Position numbers and translations under genes: made by a program. DNA of 64,000 bases from Diadema antillarum (lineage: Eukaryota): assembly GCF_040938485.1 (NCBI RefSeq), contig NW_027271384.1:1674001-1738000 (forward strand), in the 5' to 3' direction. Under the pieces are notes generated by a model. The model worked only from the letters and a program-made list of their open reading frames with translations. It did no database searches and was not told the DNA's origin. The first letter of the stretch is position 1. Every line of letters begins with the position of its first letter. Below are positions 1-12,685 of the stretch, in pieces.

Positions 1-59
1 ATAGGCAGCTAAGTAGCACTGCACTGGGCATCTGTTTGCAGATCTGCACATCTCTTCCA

Positions 60-230
60 TTTTGCAATCCTCTTCTTCATCCTTCTCCTCAGCTTCCTCC
101 TCCTTCTCCTCTTCCCCCTTCTCCTCAGCCTCCTCTTTCTCCTCCTTCTCTTCCTTCTTCTCTTTGCAGAAGAAGGAAGCTTTGCAGCTCAGCTTTGCAG
201 TTGCCTCAGCTTTGCAGTTGCCTCTAACAG
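60..230 (-). repeat. Purine-rich (GAG/GAA/AAG) low-complexity tract; reads as a Glu/Lys-rich run on the minus strand, coding status unresolved
   Basis: Minus frame gives KEKKEEKEEKEEAEEKGEEEKEEEAEEKDEEED with no stop to the window edge. It is flanked by a 17-bp tandem repeat (agctttgcagttgcctc x2) whose length is not a multiple of 3. Confidence 0.5.
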
Positions 231-291
231 AAGAGTGCATGAGAGCTTTGCAAAATATGAGTACAGGTCTAACACTCAGATATCTACTTAC

Positions 292-343
292 CAGAGTATG
301 CCCTGTGCAGAGTCTGAGATCCGTAAGCCATTGCAGCTGGAAT
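292..343 (-). other. Candidate 52-nt exon of an unidentified minus-strand gene divergent from FXN
   Basis: On the minus strand, acceptor ...gacccctcttgcag and donor TG|gtaagt; all three frames are open. Confidence 0.3.
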
Positions 344-3300
344 CTGCAAGAGGGGTCATTAAAGAGGACACTTTATGAGGAGACTTTGCCTTACAGATAA
401 CTAGATAATTTAAACCAGTGCTTTCACTAACAGTACTTTTATGATTTCATCTTACTGAACAACTCTATGTTTTAGATGTGTTCGCAAGAAGACGAACTGA
501 TCTACAGGTGACAATCTCTTCAGAAAAACAACACATACATTGCACAACACTGAACAGTTAAACGGGAACACAATAAATCAAATAAATCCATTGCAATGTG
601 AAGATCTGGGCCACTATGTGACCACAAACATCAACCTCCTGCCCCCTCCCCCCCCCCAAAAAAAAAAAAATAATAATAATAATAATAACAATTATTCTTC
701 AGTCCACTGTATGGACAGGCTGAAAAGAAACAAAAAGTTATAATAATGACATAGAAATCACCACCAAAAAAATACTGATGAAAATCTGAATTTTCACTAA
801 TTCTCATTTTTAGTCCAGGGCCTCTTTACTTATTACTAATGCAATGTCTCAGGAAAATATCTTGGTCAATGTTTACATTGTGCCAAAAACAGAGTTACCG
901 TACTGAAAATGCATTTCAAGTATTGAGCCTCCTTAGAATTACATGTAGACTCTAGTCAATTATGTGAGACACGATGTACATTGTAACTTCCTAAGAAAGC
1001 ATCATTATCATGTAGGTGTTGGGGGAGAAACAATGCCAAGTTTTTCAACTAACAATATGAATAATGATTTACATGAAAAAAAAAGGAGGCAGATTTCTTG
1101 GTTTTGCAAATGAATGTAAGGCAACGCTGCAAACAGGCACTGGTCTGATGGTCCGGGACCAGTAAAAATCACTGTCGGACCAGTAACTTTTTCAGGAATG
1201 GACCGGCAAAAAAATAGAAAAACTTGGTACCTACTGGCCTGGCAGACAAGTCGGACTAGTACAAAAAAATGTGTAAGGGGTGAAAATGAATGATTAAAGA
1301 ATGACAAATTATTAACTCATGGAAGACTGGAGTGACTTCTTCCTCCTTTTTGGCTTTCTGTTTTCTGGTTTGTTTGTTTGTATGTTGTTGTTGGTTTTTT
1401 TTTCTCTCTCTCTTCATCAAGATTAAAACAATGATATTTACATATATTTCCATATTGATTATGTTGATTATTAATGCATAGAATTTAAATCATAATGCTA
1501 GTTGCCCTTTCACTTAATGTGAGAAAAATATTTTCATTCATTGTGGATGCCAAAAGCATCCACACCAAGTGCTAAACTTGGATGAAATGGACCCATGCAT
1601 GCTTTACAAAGATCCACTTGACCACTGAGCCAAATCGATTGGGATTTCTGCAAGATATAGGGAACAAGTTATACATGTACCTATGATGTAGTTACATACC
1701 CTGAAATAGCATCTAGATTGTTTGGTTATTATGACAGTTATCAGATGCAGAAAGTCCAATGACAATTTTTTTTTTTTTTTGCGCAAACTGTACGCTAAAA
1801 TTTTCACAGTGGTTTTCACTGTTGCATATTGAATATCAATGATTATATTCCCCTTGGCTGTGAAGTATATATGCATGTTGCCTGGCTCCAACCGGCAACT
1901 ACTGTATGCTGCGCGGTGGTGTACATCATGTAACCCCTTGCTCATCAATGTGCCAGTGCATGTAAAACAGTGTACATACATACACACACACAAACACACA
2001 CACCCTTACGTACCCCTGCCCTGCAAGCACGGTGCACTTCCTTATTTGTTGTAGTAACCCGCATCTCGCATCAATATTGACAATTAAAGTGGGTAACCCA
2101 GTTCAGCGGATTTGGGTTGCTGGACTCTTCCCCCCCCCCCCCCCCCATCCACACTAAGGTTAGCTAGTATATGTGGGTGACCCGCACCTCGTCATAGTTA
2201 ATATTTATGCATATTTGAATCACATTTAGTCACTGAAATTCTATGAAATCCCATTCACATACAGGCAAAATGCTGAAGATTCCAATAGAATCTCAAGTTC
2301 ACTGATCGATACCGGAAATTTGCAGCTATCGTCGTCAAATGCAAACGATGCGAAATAGTTGTGCGCTAAGAAGGGGGCCCGCAACTCGTCACCCGCGCTC
2401 CCATAGACAAAGCACATAAAAGACGTGTGCGGGTGACCGTGATGCTCCCATAGACATACACGTCAAAGATGCATGCGGGTAACCGTAATGATACTTATAA
2501 CACGTATTCCTAATATAAATTTCAGATTTTCGCGAAAAACTCTTCGGTTTTCACCACAATTTGCTTGGTTGTGGTAGTCCTGCCAAGTTTCAAGTGTACT
2601 GAACACAATCCCAGGCATGAATTAGGCCTATATTCAGTGCGTTCGTAACAATTTTAAACAGGGTGACGGTATTCGGGCCCCTGGCGAGATGCAGGCACCT
2701 CACTATAAATTTAGTCTGTACTTTTAGTGCCTCTTTGATTTTATCATGTTTTGCAAGGCACTCGTAGTCGTAGCAGCCACCCTGCGAAATATTACAAATT
2801 TCGCAAATAGGCTCTCATTGTCTCAATCATCAAAATATTTAACAGCACCCACCCAAAAATACCGACAGAAATTTAAAATTTGCTCTCTGCACGCACTGCC
2901 AGCAAATCTTTGTAATGTTAATTTAATGCGTTTTAATAATAGAAACCATCTAGGCCCGCATACTGTTAGTGTTACTGGATCTGTTTTTGTTTTTGTTTTC
3001 CTGAGATTTGATCACATTTATCACTGTTTAGGTGTCTGAGTTGTAGTCTAACATTAGCAATTTGATTAGTTAAGTTAGACAGTCCCACAGGCCACACTTT
3101 GTCACTTGCACTTCCTTCTGAACATCAACTTCAAGTGTGTCACTGTCAGTGTGTGTTTGTTTGTTTTTTTGTTTGTTTGCAATTATCATGAAAAAGCCGA
3201 CAAAGTGCAAAATAAACAACCTGCAAAGAATTACACTTATAATTGCAAATTGCAGTTACATTCTGTGAGCTATGTTTATCAATTATTTATTCTACCTTGT

Positions 3301-4022
3301 GGGCACCTACCTTCTGCACCATGAAACAACAATCACTTCAAACACAGCCTGCAGTCCTGTCTTGCCTTTTTGGGGTTGTAACGAACGATTCAGGTAAAGT
3401 AGAATCTATATAATTACAGATTCTAATAGCATCTAGACCATCTTAGATGATAGAAACAGCGACAATGTGATGAATATCATCTATGCAAAAGGAGCTTAAT
3501 ACCATTCATTCATGATGATACCTACAGCACTTCTTCGGCACTCGACTCACTGCTTCACACACACTGTGTAATAGCATTTCGTATAGAGCTAGCTAGCTAG
3601 CTGCATAGGGTTTTCAGCTCGTTCGTATGTTATTGCCAAAAATAGGATGTGTCATCACACTTGCTTGTACACTGTTTGTACATTAGCCTAAAACAACCTC
3701 GTCCGCATGAGCCGTAGCATCGGTAATAGCACTGCCGCGCAGCAGCACTGCCGCGCAGTAGCACTGCACTAGCTAGCTGGCTGCCATGCATGCATGTAAC
3801 GAACTTTCTGAAACCCCTTTCGTCCCCGGGGGCGAGGGAGGCAGTACAAGTGATTTATCGGTAGATGGCGTTGTTTGCTTTATCGTCTGCTGATGCTGAA
3901 CATACACACTAATAATATGCATGTACGTGCATGCACAATCTGGAGCAACAAGAACCAATTACCAAGCATCACTGCACTGATCGAGTATTTTACATCAAGC
4001 AAATTGTTAAGATTGGGGAAAA

Positions 4023-4145
4023 ATGTCTTTACAATTTCGACTGTGTACAATGTATGTAAAACGGAACCAAATCATATCAAAACAACTAGAACTATGTATC
4101 CGTATTTCATCATCACCACCATCGCCATCGCCAGCAGTGATGATG
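4023..4145 (+). CDS. FXN: Frataxin exon 1 (mitochondrial presequence-like, MSLQFRLCTMYVKRNQIISKQLELCIRISSSPPSPSPAVMM)
   Basis: aaaATG start and donor ATG|gtaagt at 4146. Phase 0 joins exon 2 in frame, giving about 212 aa in total. Confidence 0.7.
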
Positions 4146-4639
4146 GTAAGTAGAACACAAGATCCCATATGTTCAAATCCATGTCAGTATCATTCTTTAA
4201 CAGCTCAGTCGCGACTATTGACAGCTCTGCATTTTGCAACAGTTAACATGCAAACCCAGAAACAGGGACTTTCTCTAATCCCTCATATAGGAATCAATTG
4301 TTCTCTTTTGTGATGTGTAGTTATATAGTATAACTGAATTGTAGTGAAGTCAGATTTGTATTTCCGTAAACCGAGACATGAAATGAATGTTTATTTAATT
4401 TACATTTCCTTGGACCTTGGCTTTATTAGCTGCTGACTGTTTAGAATCTAATCTTTATTGACATGACAAATCAAAAGTTCAATGGTGTTTGGCTCTTGAG
4501 ACAAATGCTAATAAAATTATGCCGGGGCCAACTAGACAGGGGGTGCACTGATGATGGTAGTGCAGGGAGAAAAGTCAGTTGCTTTGCTCTTGGATGGATG
4601 TAGATCTAGTGAATCAAAGGGCTGCTGTATTGAAAGTAT

Positions 4640-5140
4640 CCTTGTTTGAAATGTCAGTGAGCGTTACAGTGACTGCTGATGGCAGTGCATTCAACTCTGT
4701 GATAGTCCTTGGTGATGTGAATGAGTACTTGTACTAAGTAGCAGAGGGCCGCCTCTGGAGAACCCTTTGGACGGGATGCGCGGCTTTTTGTACTGGAATG
4801 GATAGGTGACCTGCAAGCGCCTCGCGGAATACGGTGATGCATCCCACCCTGTGGCCTGTGTCGTGTTGCAGCATTTCCCAGTCCACCTCAGGCTTCATAT
4901 GATATCAGTGATGCTGCTGTGTCTGGAATAAATTGTGCCGCTTATGTTTGAGGAGCTTCTACTTCCCGTCTGTCTGTATCAAAATCTGGATGTGGGGGTC
5001 CCAAACTGTTGAGCAGTAGTTGAGTAACAGTCTTACAACTATACAAGAGTCTTAAAGGTCATGTCCTTGGTTTTCTTGGCGCAGTTATGTATTTCTCCTC
5101 AGGAATCCTAACAGGTATTTATTTGACTGAAAAAGCCATT
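4640..5140 (-). mobile_element. Decayed CR1/L2-group LINE 3' reverse-transcriptase remnant in FXN intron 1
   Basis: Frameshifted minus-strand pieces LGFLRRN..., LNYCSTVWDPH and YYKYSF..PRTITELNALP match RT C-terminal motifs of this group. Confidence 0.75.
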
Positions 5141-5360
5141 TCAGGTGAATTTATTCATCATTATGCCATTTACTATGCTTTGAAGTGACATGCAAAGCAA
5201 GGGTATTAAAATAAGTTTATTGGCAAGAGTTCCAATTGTACCCTTATTTAAATTGATCCTGCGCTGAGTGGTAGAGTTGGGTAAACCATGACACTTGAGG
5301 GTTGGGTTTGATTGTAAGTTTGCAGGGTTTAAATTAGGGTCTTAATCTCAGAGCGAGGTA

Positions 5361-5546
5361 CAGTGCACTCCCGTTATAACGAACATGGTTATAACAAAAT
5401 TCCGGTTACAACGAAATAAAACTTTAGACTGCAACATTATCGGCTTTATGTATTTCTATTGTATATTTGTTCGGTTATAACAAAGTTTCGATATAACAAA
5501 AGGAAAATGCCGGTCCCGAGGACTTTGTTATAATGGGAGTCCACTG
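5361..5546. mobile_element. Tc1/mariner (pogo-like) MITE, TA TSD
   Basis: TA|cagtgcactcccgttataac ... gttataatgggagtccactg|TA; internal gttataac repeats. Confidence 0.85.
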
Positions 5547-5971
5547 TACATATAAACTCTTTGCCAATAAATCCAAGACAATTGTACAATGGTGAGTCTG
5601 CTTTCACTCCATCTTTGTTGATGGTAAAAGGTATCGAAGTAAAAACATTTGTAGAGGGTAATTGACGAACTTCATCACATGGTTCATTCATTGTTGGTAT
5701 ATCTGCTTGCAAGACCTTATTGCCCCCCCCCCCCCCCCCCCCCCGACTCATACCCAGTATAGGTAGTACCCATGGTGCCACTTGCCAAATGCATGCAAGT
5801 GAGTGCATCTGTGCATAAGCTATAAAAAGGTTAGGGTAGTGTAGAATGGTTTGGCAAAATTAGTGGGGGACATAAGGAAGTCTTTCCTATCTGCTATCTA
5901 CATCTCTGTCTTCTTGTTTGACAATATATTTTGTTCTTTAAAAATCTCTCTTTCTTTACTACCCACTGCAG

Positions 5972-6123
5972 AGACAAATGTCATCATGGCAGAGAATGCG
6001 CATCATACACAATCAGGGCAAGGCATTAAATGCCATCTCCCGTACCAGACACCAAGCAGATGTTGACCAGTTGCATACATCAGGAATATTTGCCCAAAGT
6101 TTCAGAAATAAATCCACTCAGGA
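5972..6123 (+). CDS. FXN: Frataxin exon 2 (RQMSSWQRMRIIHNQGKALNAISRTRH...RNKSTQ)
   Basis: Acceptor ccactgcag, donor GA|gtgagt; 152 nt, phase 0 to 2, open frame, Arg/Ser-rich. Confidence 0.8.
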
Positions 6124-6975
6124 GTGAGTAATTTAAAAAAGAACGCCTGCAAGAGTTGCTTAGGTACATTCTGTACTGTGTATGATGTAAAACAATGTAA
6201 ATACATACATGAAGCAAAAATTGATATATGTATTATTTTTCCCTGGAGAAATTATCATTTTTAATTAGTTTCTGTAGAGTCCAAGAGAATAGGGAAATGG
6301 GTTGGAGTTTTGCAACTTTGTAATATTTGTATCAGTCTGTGTGTGGCCACAGAAGGGTTTATTGTGACAGAAAAAAAAATTGAGATGAGACTTCAAGTAT
6401 AGGATAGTACATGAACTGTGAAAAATGTAAACTTTTCACTCAATGATTTTTCTTCTACCTCTAGTCTATTTCAGCAAACTTTCCATGTTTATCTCTTCAT
6501 GGGTGGGACTATCCCTCACACATACACATACTGCAATAGGACATCTCCCCAAACTGTTCATGGATGACTCGACTCTATATGTGCTATTTCATAATGAAAT
6601 GCAGAATTCATGAAATTTTCTATCCCATGAAATATTCCACTTTTACAGGAAATAACACAGGCTATGAAATCACTGTTAATCTGACATTTCACACAGCTTA
6701 CATATTAAAGACTTTTAACCTGCTGAGGACAGTTTGATATTGCTACAAAATGCATTTCCGAAAGACACCTGCCCGAGTATACTTGGGACTCATCCTCAAC
6801 AGGGTTAATTACTCTTTACAATAAGTAATGTTGATAATTTTCTTATAACATTTACACAATGTCCAACTGATTATAATTTGCACTATTCTAGAAAATCTGC
6901 ACTGATTTCTTGTTGAATTGTTTGATTCATATACATGTATGTAGCTGTTTCTTTGCTCTTACAACATATTAACAG

Positions 6976-7096
6976 GGTCTTAACAGAGATGCAGTATGAG
7001 AAACTTGCTGATGAGGCTCTGGACTATTTGGCCGAGATGTTTGAAATTCTTGGAGATTCTGATGACAGCGCATCTGACTTTGACTGCACATTCAGT
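6976..7096 (+). CDS. FXN: Frataxin exon 3 (acidic helix 1: VLTEMQYEKLADEALDYLAEMFEILGDSDDSASDFDCTFS)
   Basis: Resembles the frataxin alpha-1 region; aacag acceptor and AGT|gtaaga donor; phase 2 to 0. Confidence 0.95.
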
Positions 7097-7352
7097 GTAA
7101 GATTAAGTGTTTGCTAGTAAGACATTGAAAGAAATGTTGTAGTATAAGTTGCTTATCTGCACGGGATATTTTGCATCATACTCATCAGGATTATCCTTTA
7201 CATAGAATCAGCATTAGTGCAACTGCATAATTATTTCCGTCATGATGGTTTTTCCTTTTCATATTGTTGAATGACTTCCAAGATTCAAAATAATCTAGTA
7301 CTTACTATTGTTTTATTTCCACATCTTCCAGAGTGCCCCAGATTGCGATTTG

Positions 7353-7395
7353 CATGATATAGATTTACATGATATAGATTTACATGATATAGATT
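7353..7395. repeat. 15-bp tandem repeat (catgatatagattta) x~3
   Basis: Direct inspection. Confidence 0.85.
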
Positions 7396-7471
7396 AGGCA
7401 CTTCAATACTGTATTGTAAATCATATAAATTTGTCCATTTTTTTTTCTTAAATTTTGTATTTGTTTTCTAG

Positions 7472-7594
<123 letters not shown>

Positions 7595-8202
7595 TAGCAA
7601 CTGAGGAAGATCTGATAGCATATTCAGGTTGCTTCGAAAGACTCCATGTTATTGTAACGCTATGTTCGCACATGGTGATTAAGAATGTTCCTTGTTAAGA
7701 TGTACCATTATGGACTAAAGTCAATGCATACACATGTTACAACATGCAAACAGACATTTGATGTAGGTTTATCGAGGGTTTTTTTTTTTCTTTTTTTCCC
7801 TGTTTTATTGTAAGCCCTACAGAGAAGTTACATACGCCATTCATGTCTATCTTTGTCACTTGAGCAAGGTTTCTGCATGAATCTGTTTAGATAAAATTTA
7901 TAATATATAAATTGAGGGGGAAAATATGGCTGTGTGCATGGTGAAGGTGACGTGTGTATGTATTCAGGCAGAAATATTTCAGATTGCTATTCGTAATTTA
8001 TGTATGGAAATATACATTTTTGTTGGTGGATTGTATTAAGGTATCAATTTCTAAATAGACTTTTCAGGGCTGTAATCAAGAACTTCTGACTTCCAACAGG
8101 GCTCACTTTTGTGCCACATCTGTTCATAGCATAATACTTGACACTTTCACAATTCTGTATGTGACATCTAAGCTCTGTTCTTCTCTCACCTTTGGTTTCC
8201 AG

Positions 8203-8347
8203 TGGTCCCAAGAGATATGACTACGTCGGCAACCGATGGGTGTACGCCCACGATGGCAAAGCTCTCCATGATCTCCTCACAGAAGAGATATCCACCACGT
8301 TTGGCAGGCACATAGATTTCACTACGGCGGAGCGATGGGATCCGTGA
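8203..8347 (+). CDS. FXN: Frataxin last exon (GPKRYDYVGNRWVYAHDGKALHDLLTEEISTTFGRHIDFTTAERWDP*)
   Basis: SGPKRYD...W-Y-HDG--LH-LL--E motif; tttccag acceptor; TGA at 8345-8347. Confidence 0.97.
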
Positions 8348-8537
8348 CAACAAAGATCTTGCACATGAACTCCAATCCCATTGCTATGATACCAGTTCAC
8401 ACTCTTCAGAGTCTGTGAATAACTTGATATGCATCTTTGCAATATATTCAATATAAAATGGTGACATCTTGTGGATTCAGAAATTGCCTTTAACAATTCT
8501 CTCATTATAAATACACTCACATGTATGTTAGTACATA

Positions 8538-8705
8538 CAGTGCACTCCCGTTATAACGAACACGGTTACAATGAAATAAAAATTCAGGCCACAAATTTAT
8601 CCTATCTTTGTTTTCTATTGTTCATTTGTTCGGTTATAACAAAATTTCGATATAACGAAAGAAAACTGTCGGTCCCAAGGACTTCATTATAATGGGAGTC
8701 CACTG
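8538..8705. mobile_element. Second copy of the 5361 MITE family, TA TSD, 190 bp after the FXN stop
   Basis: TA|cagtgcactcccgttataacg ... attataatgggagtccactg|TA. Confidence 0.85.
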
Positions 8706-10109
8706 TATAAAAGCATGTTTCTTGTGACCATAAAGTGGTGTGTGTCAACATACCATCTAGACTAAGGACTCCAAACTCTACTATATGATCTGGTCACAGC
8801 TTCTTGCATCATTAATTCATAGGCATTCGATAGGCCAGCAAAATCACTGTAAGTCCAGCTATGGTAAACAGAGGTGTTCTGTCTTATTTTGAACTGCCCG
8901 AGAGTACATGTATCAAGGTCAGAAGCTTCTACGTTCATGTGACAAGTGATTGGCATTATGGCAATGAAGCGAGAGACAATAAAAATGACATCCAATGCTA
9001 ATCCTATATCCCCCCCCCCCCTTTCCCCCTACCCATTCAGTTTTAGACGTTTGCCAAGCCATATAATGAGATGAGATATATATGACAGGACACAGAATAT
9101 ATCACTTAAATAGACAGTTATGTTTGGTCAAGCATTACATATGTCTCCAAGTGGAAGAGATGTATGCCCCTATGCTATCCTAGAATCTGTTACCTTTGCA
9201 TCCTGTCATACTTTGGGTAGGGATTGTTTTAGTATTTTTAACTGATTCCCTCCAAGATTCTGAAATCTTTATAGCCAATGAATAAAACCATCAGGCTTGT
9301 GCAGGCTATGCTGTATTGCTGGAGATTCTACAACTTCATTTTGGGTTCTATGATTTTGTAAATAGAAAATGATAATTGGTGTGTATGTGCTTTGTAATGA
9401 TATTACGAGAAGAAAGTCAATGGACCACCAGTCACTGACAGAAGAATATCATGGCCATAAGATGAATGATGTTATTGGTCTCAACGTTTGTTTTGTCTCA
9501 ATGCACTTGTCATTCTTGCCCTGTGTGTTATGTGACCAGTGTATGGAATATGCCAATAATTTTCCGGCACAAAGCACTAGTGTTGCAAAACATTACAATG
9601 TACTAGCTGGCCAGTGACTGCCACTCAACTCTGAGTTGCCTTTGGTTAAATGTTTTCCACTTCCTCTGCCCTCTGCTGTTGTTTACCTGTGAATAGCACC
9701 TTAAAAGCATGATTGATATAGAGATTGGTGAGTTACACAGACAAGTATGAATCTAATTCCACAATACCAGCCTTCCTCATTACATCCTTCCCCCCCCCCC
9801 CCCCCCCCATGATATCCCTACATGTTAGCCCTAACAAGGCCCGGCTACAATTCTAGGTAGATGATTGGGGTGGGGGGGGGGGGGGGGCTCCAAGGCACTC
9901 CCAGCCTCATTAACTATTAAAAAAAAAAATAGACAGTGGTACCATGTTCCCTTGGAACTAAAAACTTTCTGATTCATGAACAGGTTGGAAAGGATCTACT
10001 TACTTTCATTTTCCACTGATTAGTCTCCAGTGGGATTAATGTTATGTTGTTTGTGTGCTTGTGCATGACATGATTATGTGTATGTGAACCAAAGTGCTGT
10101 CCTCAAATG

Positions 10110-10330
10110 TTTTTGGTGTGATGCACTTTCACCCTCTGGTTGCCCAAATCAAAGCACAGTCTGAATGAACAACAAAGGCAGATCAGAGTGTCATCAGAAC
10201 ATCTGTACAGTCTTGGTCTGTAAGAGGAATTTGCTAAGAATGTCAGGTCTTGTAATTTGGTCATTTCAGCATCTATTTTCCCCTGAACCTCAACAGGACC
10301 ATCAATGCACAGCAGCATATCAGCGAACCA
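10110..10330 (-). mobile_element. Possible highly decayed LINE RT fragment
   Basis: LQDL...SSYRPRLYRCSDDTLI loosely resembles the INDL...RLYADDT catalytic region. Confidence 0.3.
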
Positions 10331-10934
10331 ATCAGCTGAGAGCAGTCAAGGTGCAGCTACGGTAGCTGCAAGCACATACCAATGGTATGACTTACCAAGG
10401 CAGTGAGCCAAAATCACACTCAACAGCATGGAGTCAATAGCTATGGCAAAGTTTCTAGAGAACATACTCAACTAAAAATATTTATAAAGAAAACAGTACA
10501 ACAGACATAGCTGCATCTCAACATATTGAGCTTCGTGTATGCACAAACGCAAGAAATCAAGTACACTTGTACCTCCACATGGTCACTCAGCAAGACAGTG
10601 ATCTGGTTTACACACCATAATTCAGTCATTTATTGGCATCTGTAGATGAGTTATTATGCATGTATTCCCAGTGAACGTGAATTCCACCACAATGTATAAT
10701 TAGTGTTACATTTGTACTACTGATATCAGACATTTTAACATTTTAACAACAAAGCGGGAGGAGTATACATACATCGTATAACATCCTACTCAGAACTTTC
10801 CTTTAATTCAGACCATTCAGTTTGCCTTTCTCTTTAAATATTGATAAATGTATCAATCCTAATATAACATGGGTGTGTATATATTTTATGACTATCCTCA
10901 TGACTAATTACATCATTAGATCCAAAATGCTTGA

Positions 10935-11294
10935 AGGGATGGTATAGTTTTGGTTCAGACGGAGCTTCAGGTTTCCAACTTTCTGGTGAAATCAAAACTT
11001 CTTATGAAATATGAAACAGCATACAATTCTACGAAGAATCCAAAGTTCAATGAATGAAAATTGGTTTTGGAATGGCTGAGAGGTCCTAATAAAAGATGGG
11101 ACTCACTTTTTACAAGGTCCACTTTGTTTTACTTTGTTTTTTTTTTATCTGAGCCATTAAAACCTATTTTCATCACATAAACTTCGAATTCATCTCAAAA
11201 TTGTATACTCTTTCATATTTCATCAGTGGTTTCTGATTACATTGCAAAAAGTTGAAATATGAATCCCCCTCTCAATCAAAACTACACCATCCCT
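10935..11294. mobile_element. Kolobok-type MITE (same family as 30653-31034, opposite orientation), degenerate TTAA flanks
   Basis: TIR agggatggtatagttttg / caaaactacaccatccct; internal similarity to the 30.6-kb copy. Confidence 0.75.
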
Positions 11295-11984
11295 GTAAAG
11301 ACTCTAGTTCTACACACAATTTCACAGTGCCCATAATGTACCTGTTACAGACCACTCAGCTCTACCTGCTGGGGATTAATGAGCAGAGCTTTGTTTATGG
11401 TGCTGTTACATTTAAACCATAATGCTGTCAAAGAAACATACTCGGCTCATCTTACTTTCACTATGTGCTTGGGCATTGATATACTTCTATCCATCGATCT
11501 CTGTAACAACATAAGTTTTTATGAAATCATGATCACATTGAAAAGGGTAATTCATTCAGCATGAAAAAAAAAGGTCCATGGTGTACCTGAATACCATTTA
11601 TTGAAGTGAGTTATTGTTTCTTTCACTGTTGCACAGACTGAGAGCCTGTAATGATTTTGTGTCGGCTGTTTTGTTTTCAAACACAAGAAACATACATTCT
11701 TGCCTTCACATATTTTCAGAAGTTGGCACATTCTCTGCATGCCAGTATTCTTGGTCAATACATGCAAATGAGAAAATGGACAGCTACAGAGTTACAAGGG
11801 CACCCAAGGAATGAAGCAATATAAGAAATATGCGGACACACCCTTTCAAGTTTCCCACTCATCGAGGAAAGTGGGTTAAGTATTGAGATTACTAAAAGAA
11901 AAGTGTCCCCCTGGGTGGTTTCATGGTAACCTGAGCTTTAAGACAAGTTCAGCCTAAATGCAACTTCACAGTGGTGCCCCTTAA

Positions 11985-12382
11985 AGATAATATAAAGTTT
12001 TGGTACCTCAAAAGTTTCCCTGAGTTTCGTTGTCTTAGTTTGTGTTTCAGGTTAAAGTACCTTTCATATAACTAACACTGTGAGACTTAATCGCCCCAAA
12101 GTGCTCTCATGTCTTAGTAATCATGCAATAATGGTTTCGTACAATACGTGTATCTTGATTGTCGCGGTAAAGCATCGAGTCAAACTAACGGCTCGTTCAT
12201 TTTTTCAGAGCCCGCTCTGCTCTGGTACGAAACCATTATTGCATGATTACTAAGACATGAGAGCACTTTGGGGCGAGTAAGTCTCACAGTGTTAGTTATA
12301 TGAAAGGTACTTTAACCTGAAACACAAACTAAGACAAGGAAACTCGGGGAAACTTTTGAGGTACCAAAACTTTATATTATCT
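11985..12382. mobile_element. Kolobok-type foldback MITE, TTAA TSD, 158-bp near-perfect arms
   Basis: TTAA|agataatataaagttttggtacc ... ggtaccaaaactttatattatct|TTAA; arms 11985-12142 and 12225-12382. Confidence 0.9.
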
Positions 12383-12578
12383 TTAACAGTATGTCAGTCA
12401 TCAAATTGAAACTACCGTACTTCAGGAGCCTTACAAAGTATCAAAGAATAGTATTTGGATAGAGTGAATCGAAGTATGAATATTGTCAAATATACTTGTA
12501 TCCAAGTATATGTATGTATGATCACTTCACCACAATGACATTTTTGCAATTAAAACTTTATTCTTAGCATTCATTTAA

Positions 12579-12685
12579 AAAGCTAAATCCTGGGCTTGTA
12601 TGTGTTTCATTAGTTTAAAACAAAATCAACTCAGAATTTGTGTTTTACACTAATGAAACACATACAAGCCCAGGAATTTACCTTT
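12579..12685. mobile_element. 107-bp hairpin mini-element with TTAA flanks, followed by a partial direct copy (12691-12759)
   Basis: cctgggcttgtatgtgtttcattagt / actaatgaaacacatacaagcccagg arms with a ~9-nt loop. Confidence 0.8.

Noticed and set aside
62-400. Ser/Phe-rich plus-strand ORF
   Set aside because: Antisense reading of the purine-rich tract; no recognisable domain.
10396-10471. Minus-strand 76-nt exon-like segment with AG/GTAAGT borders
   Set aside because: No partner exons or homology recognised; cannot be distinguished from a cryptic site.
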